A stretch of 64,000 nt of DNA. Source: an uncultured Candidatus Kuenenia sp. (GTDB lineage Bacteria > Planctomycetota > Planctomycetia > Pirellulales > UBA1268). Positions 47,081 to 55,813 of this stretch are shown here, piece by piece. A program made the translations under genes and the position numbers. How positions within the stretch are numbered: position 1 is the first letter of the stretch; the number at the start of each line of letters is the position of its first letter. Where the stretch lies: NCBI GenBank assembly GCA_964581055.1, contig CAZOMJ010000137.1:16291-80290 (forward strand). Reading direction: 5' to 3'. The notes beneath the pieces were generated by a model that was given only the letters and a program-made list of their open reading frames with translations, did not search any database and was not told the origin of the DNA.

Positions 47081-47251
47081 CGCCGGAGTCGACATGCCGG
47101 CGATTGTGGGGTATGGTTCTTTCAGGCGAGCATCCGCTCCCCACAAAACACTTACCGATCTCTTCAGCGGCTGTTCCCCCCCCCCCAAAGACCCACACTT
47201 CTAGAGCCGCTACCGGACCCGTGGTTCCCCAACCGCGGGTCCTTTTCTTTT
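47081..47251 (+). ncRNA. Candidate structured small RNA or 5' leader ending in an intrinsic terminator
   Basis: Consecutive hairpins: CGCCGG/CCGGCG (47081-47101), TGTGGGG/CCCCACA (47105-47145) and AGCGGCT/AGCCGCT (47166-47211, loop carrying C11). These are followed by the terminator at 47215-47251. No protein-like ORF covers the region. Confidence 0.3.
47215..47251 (+). terminator. Intrinsic (Rho-independent) terminator
   Basis: GGACCCGTGG-TTCCCCAA-CCGCGGGTCC forms a 10-bp stem with one G-U pair. It is followed by TTTTCTTTT. Confidence 0.6.
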
Positions 47252-47434
47252 GGTGTTCCTGTGTTTGCGTGCCCCGACTTTCGGCACGCTGTCGTTTGAT
47301 GCCCGGGACGCCCTGCTCTGCCGGCGTGAATTCCGCCGCGACAGACGCATCCCCTTGCGAGGGATGCAACCACCCCTATAAATCGGCCTCATCGGTCGGA
47401 CATTCGTTTATCAGGCGAGCAGGATTCGCAGGAC

Positions 47435-48604
47435 GTGGCTGTGGCACGGAGGGATCGACTCAGGGAGAGGTCGATCGGCAGTGGGCAGGGATGGATCGGA
47501 AACGCACAGGCACGGTGCGGGCAGTCGTCATGCCCACGCCGCCGACAGACCCTTTGCGCATGCGCCTCGGATAGCGCATGCGTCTCGGGCAGGACAGGCT
47601 TCAGCCTCGTGGAACTGCTGGTCGTGGTGGCCGTCATCGCGATGCTGGCCGGGTTGCTGCTGCCAGCCATGCAGGCTGGGCGGGAGGCGGCCCGGCGTGC
47701 GACGTGCCAGCACAACCTGCGACAGTTGGCCGCGGCGGTGCTCGCCTACGAGTCGGGCAGTCGCCGTCTGCCTGCCGCTGCGGTGGTCAGTGAGGCGATC
47801 AATCCGGCGACCTGCACGGGGTGCTGGAACCCCTGGGCTGAGGCCCAGCTGGAATCCTTCAGTCCGGGGACGAAGCATGGATCGGGCTGGATGCTGGCGG
47901 TGTTGCCGTTCCTGGAGCAGGTGACTCTCTTCAATCGCTGGAACCGCTCCACCAACGTGCTGGGAAATGCCGCCGTGGCCCAGACCAACATTCCGTCGTT
48001 CTATTGTCCCAGCCGCCGAACAGGCATCCGCGTCGACCGTGACGACCACAAAAACCTCCTCCGCAGCGGCTGGCGGGGCGGCGGCACCGACTACGGCGGT
48101 TGCTACGGACGCGGCGACGGCTTCCTCAACGACACGGCCGACGGACATCGTTTCGCGGACACAGACACTCCGGTCAGCGGCTCCACCGGCAATCGGCAGG
48201 GCCTGTTTCTTCCCAATGCAGGCAGGCTTTTGGCCGCTGCGACCGACGGGCTTGCCAACACGATCATGCTGGGAGAGCTGCAACGCCTGCGACCGCTCGC
48301 AGGGGGCAGCGGCGCCGCTAACACCTACAACCGCACAAGCCACGATGGCTGGGCCGTCGGGGGCGTGGCCACGCTCTTCGTCAGCGCGACCGATCCAGGC
48401 CACGCCAACCCCGGCGGGATGAACAACTTGTTCTTCGAGTCGCCCGGCAGCGACCACGTCGGCGGCTGCTTCTTTGCCATGGCCGACGGCTCCGTGCACT
48501 GGCTCGACGAGTTCATCGACGCCAAGGACAACAACGCCGTCTTCCCGCTCCTCGGGTCGATGCGAGACGGCGCCGTGGCCAGCCTTGCCACGGCCGGTCC
48601 TTGA
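47435..48604 (+). CDS. DUF1559 domain protein with prepilin-type N-terminal cleavage/methylation motif (possible frameshift at the start)
   Basis: GFSLVELLVVVAVIAMLAGLLLPAMQAGREAARRATCQHNLRQL is the classic planctomycete DUF1559 N-terminus, and the C-terminal HVGGCFFAMADGSV motif is present. The only in-frame start is GTG 47435, which gives an unusually long 54-aa leader. The expected ATG at 47578 is one base out of frame. Confidence 0.75.
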   Translation: MAVARRDRLRERSIGSGQGWIGNAQARCGQSSCPRRRQTLCACASDSACVSGRTGFSLVELLVVVAVIAMLAGLLLPAMQAGREAARRATCQHNLRQLAAAVLAYESGSRRLPAAAVVSEAINPATCTGCWNPWAEAQLESFSPGTKHGSGWMLAVLPFLEQVTLFNRWNRSTNVLGNAAVAQTNIPSFYCPSRRTGIRVDRDDHKNLLRSGWRGGGTDYGGCYGRGDGFLNDTADGHRFADTDTPVSGSTGNRQGLFLPNAGRLLAAATDGLANTIMLGELQRLRPLAGGSGAANTYNRTSHDGWAVGGVATLFVSATDPGHANPGGMNNLFFESPGSDHVGGCFFAMADGSVHWLDEFIDAKDNNAVFPLLGSMRDGAVASLATAGP

Positions 48605-48626
48605 TTCATTCGGGCGCCCTCTCACG

Positions 48627-49040
48627 ATGCCTTCCCACCATCGACATGCCGGCCCGTTGCGATGCCTTGGGCTCGCGATCACCGCGTTGGCCATCCTCGG
48701 CTGCTCGCCCTCCCCGCGGCCGCCCTTGGGCCTGGTCAGCGGCACCGTCACGCTCGACGGCCGGCCGCTTTCCAACGCAACCGTACGGTTCACACCGGCA
48801 GGGCCGGGCCGCACGTCGCAGGGCACCACCGATGCCACAGGCCGGTACGAGCTCCGCTACCTGCGGGACATTCGCGGCGCGAACAGAGACCGGCATACGG
48901 TGCGGATCACCACCGCCAGCGAAGAGAACGGCGGCCGGGAGTTGCTGCCGCCACGCTACCACTCCCGCTCGCAACTCGAGACGTGCGTACGCTCCGGAAC
49001 GAACGACCTCGACTTCGACCTCCGGTCGCATGGGCCCTGA
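48627..49040 (+). CDS. Lipoprotein with carboxypeptidase-regulatory-like domain
   Basis: Start ATG 48627, with lipobox LAILGC. GTVTLDGRPLSNATVRFTP..GTTDATGRYEL. This is the typical partner gene downstream of DUF1559 genes. Confidence 0.7.
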   Translation: MPSHHRHAGPLRCLGLAITALAILGCSPSPRPPLGLVSGTVTLDGRPLSNATVRFTPAGPGRTSQGTTDATGRYELRYLRDIRGANRDRHTVRITTASEENGGRELLPPRYHSRSQLETCVRSGTNDLDFDLRSHGP

Positions 49041-49148
49041 CCCCGCCCGGGCCTGCGACACAGCCCCCTCCATCAAGGGGGAAAGAATCGCCGACGGCAA
49101 TGCCCGCGAGGCGGCCCGGCACCATGTCACGCCCTCCTCATCGCTATT

Positions 49149-49226
49149 TTCGTGCGCACCATTCCCGTTTCGTGCGCGTTATTCCCGATTCGTGCGCGCC
49201 ATGCCCAGTTCGTGGTTTTTTCGTGG
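49149..49226 (+). repeat. Phased direct repeats: 3 x 20 bp (TTCGTGCGC-N3-AT[T/G]CCC-N2) followed by two TTCGTGG half-sites
   Basis: R1 49149-49168 is TTCGTGCGCACCATTCCCGT. R2 49169-49188 is TTCGTGCGCGTTATTCCCGA. R3 49189-49208 is TTCGTGCGCGCCATGCCCAG. TTCGTGG follows at 49209 and 49220. Confidence 0.85.
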
Positions 49227-49251
49227 ACATTATGAGAGGTTAATTTATAGT
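49224..49251 (+). promoter_or_regulatory. Sigma70-like promoter candidate TGGACA-N16-TATAGT
   Basis: -35-like TGGACA at 49224-49229 and -10-like TATAGT at 49246-49251. Both lie in a locally AT-richer stretch about 58 nt upstream of the GT2 start codon. Confidence 0.4.
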
Positions 49252-49308
49252 GGCTCGGTCAGCGGCAAGGCCGCAGGCACGAACCGCCATCACGTGCATG
49301 AATCGCAT

Positions 49309-50484
49309 ATGCAGTCTATCGATAAAGGCGAGTGGTCACGTTCTCCGGCGAGTCTGTCGCCGCGGCGAGGCAGAGCCGCCTCTCAGGATCAGCAACCGCC
49401 CGACATCTCCGTGATCATGCCCACGGTCTTCTGGTCGGGCACGTTTGAACGGTGTGCGCGGCGGGTGTTGTCGCTGCTCGACAGCACGACCACGAACACG
49501 GAAGTCGTCTTCGTCTTCGACGGGGCCGCCCCTCCGGCCCCTGGGTGGCTCGATCGCTCCGATGTCAGGATCGTGCAGACCGGCAACCGATCGGGGCCGG
49601 CGATCGCACGCAACCTCGCCGCAGAGTCGGCCCGGGGTGAGATCCTGTTTTTCGTCGATGCCGATGTCGAACTCGCAGCCGATGCCATCGACCGCGTCCA
49701 TGCCACGTTCATGGCCGATCCGGAGTTGGTCGGCCTGTTCGGCGCCTACGACGACGAACCGGCCGCCGACGGCATGGCGAGTGCCTTCCGCAACCTGCTC
49801 CACCATCACACTCACGTGTCCCATCCCGGCACGGCCGGCACGTTCTGGTCGGGCTGCGGAGCCATGCGGACGACGGCATTCCTCGACGTCGGCGGGTTTG
49901 ACGAAAAGTATGCCTACCCGAGCGTCGAGGACATCGAACTGGGGATGCGGGTCGCAGCCAATGGTGGCAGGATCCTGCTCGCGCCCACCGTCCGGTGCAA
50001 ACACCTCAAGCGCTGGACACTCGCCTCGATGGTCTTCACCGACATCGTGCACCGCGCCGCACCGTGGACGCACTTGATCATGAACAGCAAAGAACTGCCC
50101 GCCACGCTCAACCTCGACTGGCGGGGACGGCTCAGCGGTATCTGTTCAGTGCTTCTGGCCGTCTGCCTGGCGGCTTCGATGTTTGTGCCGATGATGCTGT
50201 GGGCGGCATTAGCCTGCGGGCTGGTCGTGGTCGCATTAAACCGTGACTTTTACAGGCTATGTCTGAGAAAACGCGGCGTCGGATTCGCCGTCTCATCGAT
50301 CTCCCTGCACTGGCTCTATTTCGTCTACTCCTCGCTGACGTTTGGCGTCGTCACGCTCTACGAACTCTGGCGGCGCTCTCGCCGATCGACCGGGGCCCGC
50401 TCCCGCGACTTTCAGCCGGCTGCGGCCACTGCCGCCATGATGCTCTCGACAGAGGTTTCCCAGCTGCCCCCGCTCGGCCCGTGA
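49309..50484 (+). CDS. Family 2 glycosyltransferase with C-terminal TM segments
   Basis: Start ATG 49309 (GTG 49294 is possible). ISVIMPTV, FFVDADVE (DxD-like) and SVEDIELGMR, then hydrophobic helices. The upstream part of the 627-aa ORF overlaps the lipoprotein gene and the promoter region. Confidence 0.8.
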   Translation: MQSIDKGEWSRSPASLSPRRGRAASQDQQPPDISVIMPTVFWSGTFERCARRVLSLLDSTTTNTEVVFVFDGAAPPAPGWLDRSDVRIVQTGNRSGPAIARNLAAESARGEILFFVDADVELAADAIDRVHATFMADPELVGLFGAYDDEPAADGMASAFRNLLHHHTHVSHPGTAGTFWSGCGAMRTTAFLDVGGFDEKYAYPSVEDIELGMRVAANGGRILLAPTVRCKHLKRWTLASMVFTDIVHRAAPWTHLIMNSKELPATLNLDWRGRLSGICSVLLAVCLAASMFVPMMLWAALACGLVVVALNRDFYRLCLRKRGVGFAVSSISLHWLYFVYSSLTFGVVTLYELWRRSRRSTGARSRDFQPAAATAAMMLSTEVSQLPPLGP

Positions 50485-50543
50485 ATCACAGAACGGAAAA
50501 TGGGGACGGGAGCAACCCTGTTCGGCACGACATGTGCTGCCCC

Positions 50544-50570
50544 CCGTGGCGGCAAGTTTTTAACTTGTCC
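50544..50570. repeat. Fourth, diverged copy of the REP-like element (CCGTGGCGGCAAGTTTTTAACTTGTCC)
   Basis: Compared by eye with the copies at 42056-42241. It also lies in a convergent intergenic region. Confidence 0.75.
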
Positions 50571-50737
50571 CGAAGCTGATGAGGCCTGTGCTTGCAGGCT
50601 GCATTGGTTCGCCAACTGCACCCACGCCGAGATCGGAGTTTGCGATACGCGACTCCACCATCCCCAGCGAGATCGCCGAGCCGCCACGTGGGAAGGCGTA
50701 TTCCGCACCGAGCAGGATTGCTCCCGTCTCGATTTTC

Positions 50738-52504
50738 CTACAGCCCGGTCTCGCGGAGGTGCTGCACGAGGATCCGCTCGAGTTCGGCGATCGTGTCGGG
50801 GTGATGGTGCACCCGCGTGTGCGTGGCCGGCACCAGCACCTCGCTCACCACCCCCGGCAGCCGGGCGCTCGACACCGGCACGATGCAGTCGCCGCCGTCG
50901 CCCACGGGTGAATGGTGGGCGTTGCCGATGATGCTGTGCGTGGTCACCCAGCACGGCACCCGCAGCCCGCGCAGCGACTGCAGGATCGTGGAACTGGGCT
51001 CGAGCACGTCGACCGTCGTCGGCAGGCTGCGTTCATAGTCCGGCCGGAAGGATCCCGGATTGGCACGAGTGATCTCGTCGTGGATCGCCTTCATCTCGGG
51101 AGGCTGCTGCACCGTGAGCGAAGCCACACGCCCCACGCCGAGCGAGGCCAGCATCGAGCCGCTGTGCGGCGTGGCGATGAACACCAGCCGCTTCACGAAC
51201 GGCAGCGGGTGGAAGAAGTAGGCCGGTGCAACCTGGCTCCTCAGCTCTGGCCGCATCCGAATCTCCTCGAGCGGGCGGCAGGCGATCGCATCCCAGATCG
51301 CCGTGCCAGACTCCACCACCTGGAGCTTGGCGTGGAGGCCGCCCATGCTGTGGCCGACGAGCACCAGCGACTTGAGCGCCGGATCGCTGCCCTGCGGATC
51401 GAGCCGCTGCACGGCCGAGGTGAGTTCGCGACGGAGCACCGCCGCCGACTGCAGGAACGAAGCGCCGGTCGGATAGTGGAAGATCCATGGCTCGAACCGG
51501 CGATGAAAGGTCGGCCAGGCCCGCAGTTCGTTGAGCATGTCGAACCACGTTCCCTCGTCGCTGGCCAGGCCGTGAATGAACACGACCGGAATCTTGCCGG
51601 GCTGGTGCGGCTGCAGGCACTCCAGCCTGGGCTGCGTGTCACCCGCGCCGAACGGCTGGACGAACCCCTGGATGGCGTTGGTCTTCGGCATGCTCTCGAG
51701 CATGTCGAGGAGCGGCGCGGTGAGGTCGGCGGCGAGCAGCGGACGGGCCGGCCCGATATGCACTGCGGCGATTTCCACGGGATTCGCCAGATCGAGGATG
51801 GCCGGTGCGTGGTCGCGTGCCAGCGGCCCCGAGAACTTCTGCAGGAAATTCTCGTCGCCCGGCATCTGGAACCGCAGCACCGCAGTGGCGGCGATCGCCT
51901 GCCGCGTCGGCGCGAGATCCCAGGACACGCTTCCTTCGGGCCCCCGCGCGATCCGCACCGAGACGGGGAGACCGAAGCCGCCGCGGACATGCCGCCGGGT
52001 GATCCGCTTGTCGTCGGGACGGCATGACGCCTCGATCGACTCGATCTCGCACGGATCCACCGACAGCGACCGCGTCTGGATCGGCACGCAGATCGGCTTC
52101 CACCTGGGACCGATCATCAGCCCCTGCCCCGTGAACCGGCCATGAACGTTGGCGGATTCGAGCAGGCCCTGAAGCGAGTCGGCATAGATCGCCGAAGCCT
52201 CGCAGAGAATCTCCGGCGAACCCGGGCAGGTCCAGATCGCGTTCCATGCCTCCTCGCAGGCCGTGTAATAGCCATCGACCGCGTGCCAATCACATTTCTT
52301 GGCCAGTTCACAGGAGGAGGCGGCGAGTTCGCGGGCCCGACGCAGATGCCCCTCCGCGATCCGCTCAGGCGGCACGGCGGGCGCCAGTGGCGGCGGTGTC
52401 AGCCTCTCGGCAGCCGACGCGCCAGGGCTGCGCAGCAGCCCCGCCAGACCGAACGCCACGACCATGATCAGTGCGGCGTGAACGCCGGCACGAATGCCGA
52501 TCAT
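50738..52504 (-). CDS. Alpha/beta hydrolase (lipase/esterase-like) with N-terminal TM anchor
   Basis: Start ATG 52504 after AAAGGGGG (MIGIRAGVHAALIMVVAFGLAGLL). IPVVFIHGLASD and the nucleophile elbow LVGHSMGG. A longer in-frame N-terminus (up to 52780) cannot be excluded. Confidence 0.7.
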   Translation of the reverse strand: MIGIRAGVHAALIMVVAFGLAGLLRSPGASAAERLTPPPLAPAVPPERIAEGHLRRARELAASSCELAKKCDWHAVDGYYTACEEAWNAIWTCPGSPEILCEASAIYADSLQGLLESANVHGRFTGQGLMIGPRWKPICVPIQTRSLSVDPCEIESIEASCRPDDKRITRRHVRGGFGLPVSVRIARGPEGSVSWDLAPTRQAIAATAVLRFQMPGDENFLQKFSGPLARDHAPAILDLANPVEIAAVHIGPARPLLAADLTAPLLDMLESMPKTNAIQGFVQPFGAGDTQPRLECLQPHQPGKIPVVFIHGLASDEGTWFDMLNELRAWPTFHRRFEPWIFHYPTGASFLQSAAVLRRELTSAVQRLDPQGSDPALKSLVLVGHSMGGLHAKLQVVESGTAIWDAIACRPLEEIRMRPELRSQVAPAYFFHPLPFVKRLVFIATPHSGSMLASLGVGRVASLTVQQPPEMKAIHDEITRANPGSFRPDYERSLPTTVDVLEPSSTILQSLRGLRVPCWVTTHSIIGNAHHSPVGDGGDCIVPVSSARLPGVVSEVLVPATHTRVHHHPDTIAELERILVQHLRETGL

Positions 52505-52671
52505 GCAATGCCCCCTTTCCGCCTTGTATCGGCGGCAGAGGGCATCGCTCGCCCGCTTCATGGCATAACCGTCATAGTCGCCGTGGCCCAGCAGAACCAC
52601 CAAGTCTGCCAGGCCCGCCGAGCTCGCCGGACCAGCCACGGCCGTCTCGATCGCCTCCCTGACGCGCGGCG

Positions 52672-53184
52672 TCAGGTCCGTGCCGCGGCGTGCTCTTCGG
52701 CAACGAGTTCGAGGTCGGCGCTCAGATACTTCACCGCGGCCGACGGCGCGAGATTGAAATAGACGCGGCCCGCCGTGCACCAGCGAACGCCGTCGTAGAG
52801 GAATTCCGCCGTGGCAGCCCGCACGTTCGACACCGCCTCGACCTCCTCCATGCCGCCCCCCTCCACCGCTTCGAAGCTCACCTCGATGGCCACCAGCGCC
52901 TTCAGGCTCCGAGGCAGGCTCCGGTTACGGCGGTCGCGGACGTAGATCACGTCGTCATCGAAGGCGACGTTTGTCCACATCAGGCCCCGTGGCTTGCCAC
53001 TGGCGGCGGCCCGGTCGATGAACTTGGCTTCCAGTTGCTCCCGTTGCCGGTGGAAATCTCTCTGGATGCGGGCCAACTGTTCAGCGCGTCGCGCGGCACG
53101 AATCGGCCGCAGGGCCACCGCGATCGCGGTGCCTGCCAGGGCAGCGACGGCTGCCGCAACGATGATCGATACGATGTTGCCCAC
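52672..53184 (-). CDS. Membrane-anchored hypothetical protein (170 aa)
   Basis: N-terminal helix MGNIVSIIVAAAVAALAGTAIAVAL followed by a coiled/charged segment and a globular domain. Confidence 0.55.
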   Translation of the reverse strand: MGNIVSIIVAAAVAALAGTAIAVALRPIRAARRAEQLARIQRDFHRQREQLEAKFIDRAAASGKPRGLMWTNVAFDDDVIYVRDRRNRSLPRSLKALVAIEVSFEAVEGGGMEEVEAVSNVRAATAEFLYDGVRWCTAGRVYFNLAPSAAVKYLSADLELVAEEHAAART

Positions 53185-53391
53185 GGCCGCGGCCTTCCAA
53201 AAGTGGTCACAGGAAATTCACCCGGCTCAGTCCGAAGTGTACGGGCCCCGGCGGGCCCGTCAAAACCGATTGTCGTCTCGCGTGGCAGCCACGGTCCCCC
53301 GCCGACGCAACAGCCGTTTCAAACCGCCAGAAAAACGTAGACTGCCTCGCCATCCGCCGAGAACATATCCCCTTCTTTCCAGCAGGGCCGC

Positions 53392-54342
53392 ATGACGCCG
53401 AAACCAGCCCGGACTCCCTCGCGGAAATCACCCGCCAAGCCGTCAGCCTCACGGCGAGCCGGTTCTCGGCGGGTCGTAGGCGCCCATCAGTCGATTGCCG
53501 GCGGCCTGAGCCGGGCGGTGGAGCGGGCCGTGGAGACCGGCTGCCACTGCCTGCAGGTCTTTACCCGCAACATCAACCGCTGGGACGTCACACCGATCGA
53601 TGCCGCTGATGCGGAGGCCTTCCAGCAGGCCGTCGCGAAGGCCGGGCTGTCGCTCGTCGTGGCGCACGATTCCTACCTGATCAACCCCGCGGCCGCGGAT
53701 CCGGTGCTGCGGAAGAAATCGATCGACGGACTCGTCGTCGAACTCGAACGGGCAGCCCAACTCGCCATTCCCTGGGTGGTGGCCCATCCCGGCGCCGCCG
53801 GCGAACAACCGCGTGACAAGGCGGTGCAACGGGCCGCGGACGGCATCGCTTCGGCGCTCGCCCGCACCCGCGGCCTTTCCTCGGGCATCCTCATCGAGAC
53901 GACGGCTGGCCAGGGCTCCTGCCTCGGCGACTCCTTCGAGGAGATCGCCGCCATGCTCGAGACGATCGACGCCGCGGGCCACGCCGCCCGTGCGGCGGTC
54001 TGCCTCGACACCTGCCATGTATTCGCCGCGGGCTACGGCCTGTCGCCCAAGAAGGAACTCGACCGCACGTTGGCGGAGTTCGACGCCGCCATCGGCCTCG
54101 ACCGACTGAAGGTGATTCATGCCAACGACTCGAAGCGGGCACGGGGTTCGCGGGTCGACCGCCACGAGGCAATCGGGAAGGGACATATCGGTCCCGACGC
54201 CTTTCGGCTGATCATGAACCACCCCAAGCTGGCAAAGATCCCATTGATCCTGGAGACGCCGAAGGAGGGCCCCGACGGCAAGCCCTGCCCCCGCCAGGAT
54301 CGCGGGAACCTGGCAACGCTCCGAGGATTCGTCACGGACTGA
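53392..54342 (+). CDS. nfo: Deoxyribonuclease IV (endonuclease IV)
   Basis: VGAHQSIAGG, AHDSYLINPA, VAHPGA, ILIETTAGQG, CLDTCHVFAAGY, HANDSK and ILETP. Carries a Lys/Arg/Pro-rich N-terminal extension of about 30 aa. Confidence 0.9.
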   Translation: MTPKPARTPSRKSPAKPSASRRAGSRRVVGAHQSIAGGLSRAVERAVETGCHCLQVFTRNINRWDVTPIDAADAEAFQQAVAKAGLSLVVAHDSYLINPAAADPVLRKKSIDGLVVELERAAQLAIPWVVAHPGAAGEQPRDKAVQRAADGIASALARTRGLSSGILIETTAGQGSCLGDSFEEIAAMLETIDAAGHAARAAVCLDTCHVFAAGYGLSPKKELDRTLAEFDAAIGLDRLKVIHANDSKRARGSRVDRHEAIGKGHIGPDAFRLIMNHPKLAKIPLILETPKEGPDGKPCPRQDRGNLATLRGFVTD

Positions 54343-54485
54343 CAGGGGGCCAACCCTCGACAGCGTGCCCGTCGTTGAAGCGGGGCGAAAGGTTCGGTAC
54401 CCTTGAATGACCGATCGAAGGGTGTCGATCCGCACTGATCCCGCAGCGGTCACCCCCACGGCTTCCTGCTCTCTCACGACGATCG

Positions 54486-55727
54486 TTGCCAATGCTGCCA
54501 GACCAGGCCAACGCCGAACCGGTTCGGGCAGCCGATCCACCCCGTCGCCGATCCTGGTGGCCCGCGGCCTCGTGGCTGCTGGTGGCGGCGGTCGCGGGAA
54601 CGGTCTTCTACCGGGATCCCGCCATCCTGGAGCGGACGGTCGCATGGGTTCGTCCTCAGCCGCCCCAGGCCAAGGCCGTGACGCCGCGGGTGGTGCCGGT
54701 GACGGCCACAGCGGCCCGGCAGGCCGACCTCGATCTGTACCTCAACGGACTCGGGGCGGTCGTCGCCTACAACACCGTCACGATCCGCAGCCGCGTGGAA
54801 GGCCAACTCCTCAAGGTGGCCTTCCAGGAGGGGCAGACCGTCGAAGAGGGAGACCTGCTGGCGGAGATCGATCCGCGGCCCTACGAGGTGCAGCTCACGC
54901 AGGCCGAAGGAGCGCTGGCCAGGGGCGAGGCCGCCTTGCGGACGGCGCAGCGGGATCTGGAGCGTTACGAATCTTTGGCCGACCTCAGACAGGTCACCGA
55001 GCAGCAGATCGACGCGCAGCGGACCCTCGTGCAGCAGTGCGAGGCTGCGATCAAGATCGACCGCGGTGTCATCGACAACGTGCGGCTGCAACTCGACTAC
55101 TGCAGGATCACCGCCCCCATCAGCGGCAGGATCGGCCTGCGGCTGGTCGATCCCGGCAACATCGTCCGGGCCAACGACTCCGCCGGGCTGGCGGTCATCG
55201 CCCAGTTCCATCCGATCGCCGTCGTGTTCACCGTTCCGCAGGATGAGATCGTGCGCGTGCAGCGGGCGCTCGCCACCACCCGGAAGCTCGCGGTCGACGC
55301 CTACAACCGCGACTTCCAGACCAAGCTCGCCAGCGGGTCGCTGCTGGCCCTCGACAACCAGGTCGATTCAACGACCGGCACGGTCAAGCTCAAGGCCGTG
55401 TTTCCGAACGACGACAACACGCTGTTCCCGAATCAATTCGTCAATGCCCGCCTGCTGGTGGAAACGATCCGCGGCGCCACCGTGATCCCCATGGCGGCCG
55501 TGCAGCACGGGCCGAAATCGACCTTCGTCTACGTCGTGCAGCCGGACTCGACGGTGGAACTCCGTCCCGTCATTACCGGCGCCACCCAGGGCGACCAGGT
55601 GGCGATCGTCAGCGGACTCGTCCCCAACGAGTTGGTCGTCACCACCGGGATCGACAAACTCAACAACAAGGCCAAGGTGGCCGTCCGCGGCGCGCCGGCA
55701 AAACCCATCGGCGAGGGGGCCGGCTGA
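54486..55727 (+). CDS. mdtA: RND efflux periplasmic adaptor subunit
   Basis: VTIRSRVEGQLLKVAFQEGQTVEEGDLLAEIDPRPY, a coiled-coil hairpin, ITAPISGRIG and FVNARL. Start is TTG 54486 or ATG 54492. Confidence 0.85.
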   Translation: MPMLPDQANAEPVRAADPPRRRSWWPAASWLLVAAVAGTVFYRDPAILERTVAWVRPQPPQAKAVTPRVVPVTATAARQADLDLYLNGLGAVVAYNTVTIRSRVEGQLLKVAFQEGQTVEEGDLLAEIDPRPYEVQLTQAEGALARGEAALRTAQRDLERYESLADLRQVTEQQIDAQRTLVQQCEAAIKIDRGVIDNVRLQLDYCRITAPISGRIGLRLVDPGNIVRANDSAGLAVIAQFHPIAVVFTVPQDEIVRVQRALATTRKLAVDAYNRDFQTKLASGSLLALDNQVDSTTGTVKLKAVFPNDDNTLFPNQFVNARLLVETIRGATVIPMAAVQHGPKSTFVYVVQPDSTVELRPVITGATQGDQVAIVSGLVPNELVVTTGIDKLNNKAKVAVRGAPAKPIGEGAG

Positions 55728-55813
55728 CGACCGGGCCGGCCGCGGCGACGACTCCCGCCGCCGAGTGGATCCGGTTCCCGCGGTGCCCGGCGGATGTCGC
55801 AAGAGCCTGACCC

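Noticed and set aside
47104-47574. 156-aa plus-strand ORF (and small minus-strand ORFs) in the acnA/DUF1559 intergenic region
   Set aside because: It spans the C11 tract, the hairpins and the intrinsic terminator, and its composition is not protein-like. The region is better explained as non-coding structured RNA or promoter DNA.
48601-49308. N-terminal 236 aa of the 627-aa ORF containing the GT2 domain
   Set aside because: Overlaps the lipoprotein gene in another frame and runs through the AT-richer promoter/direct-repeat region. The GT2 fold starts just after ATG 49309.
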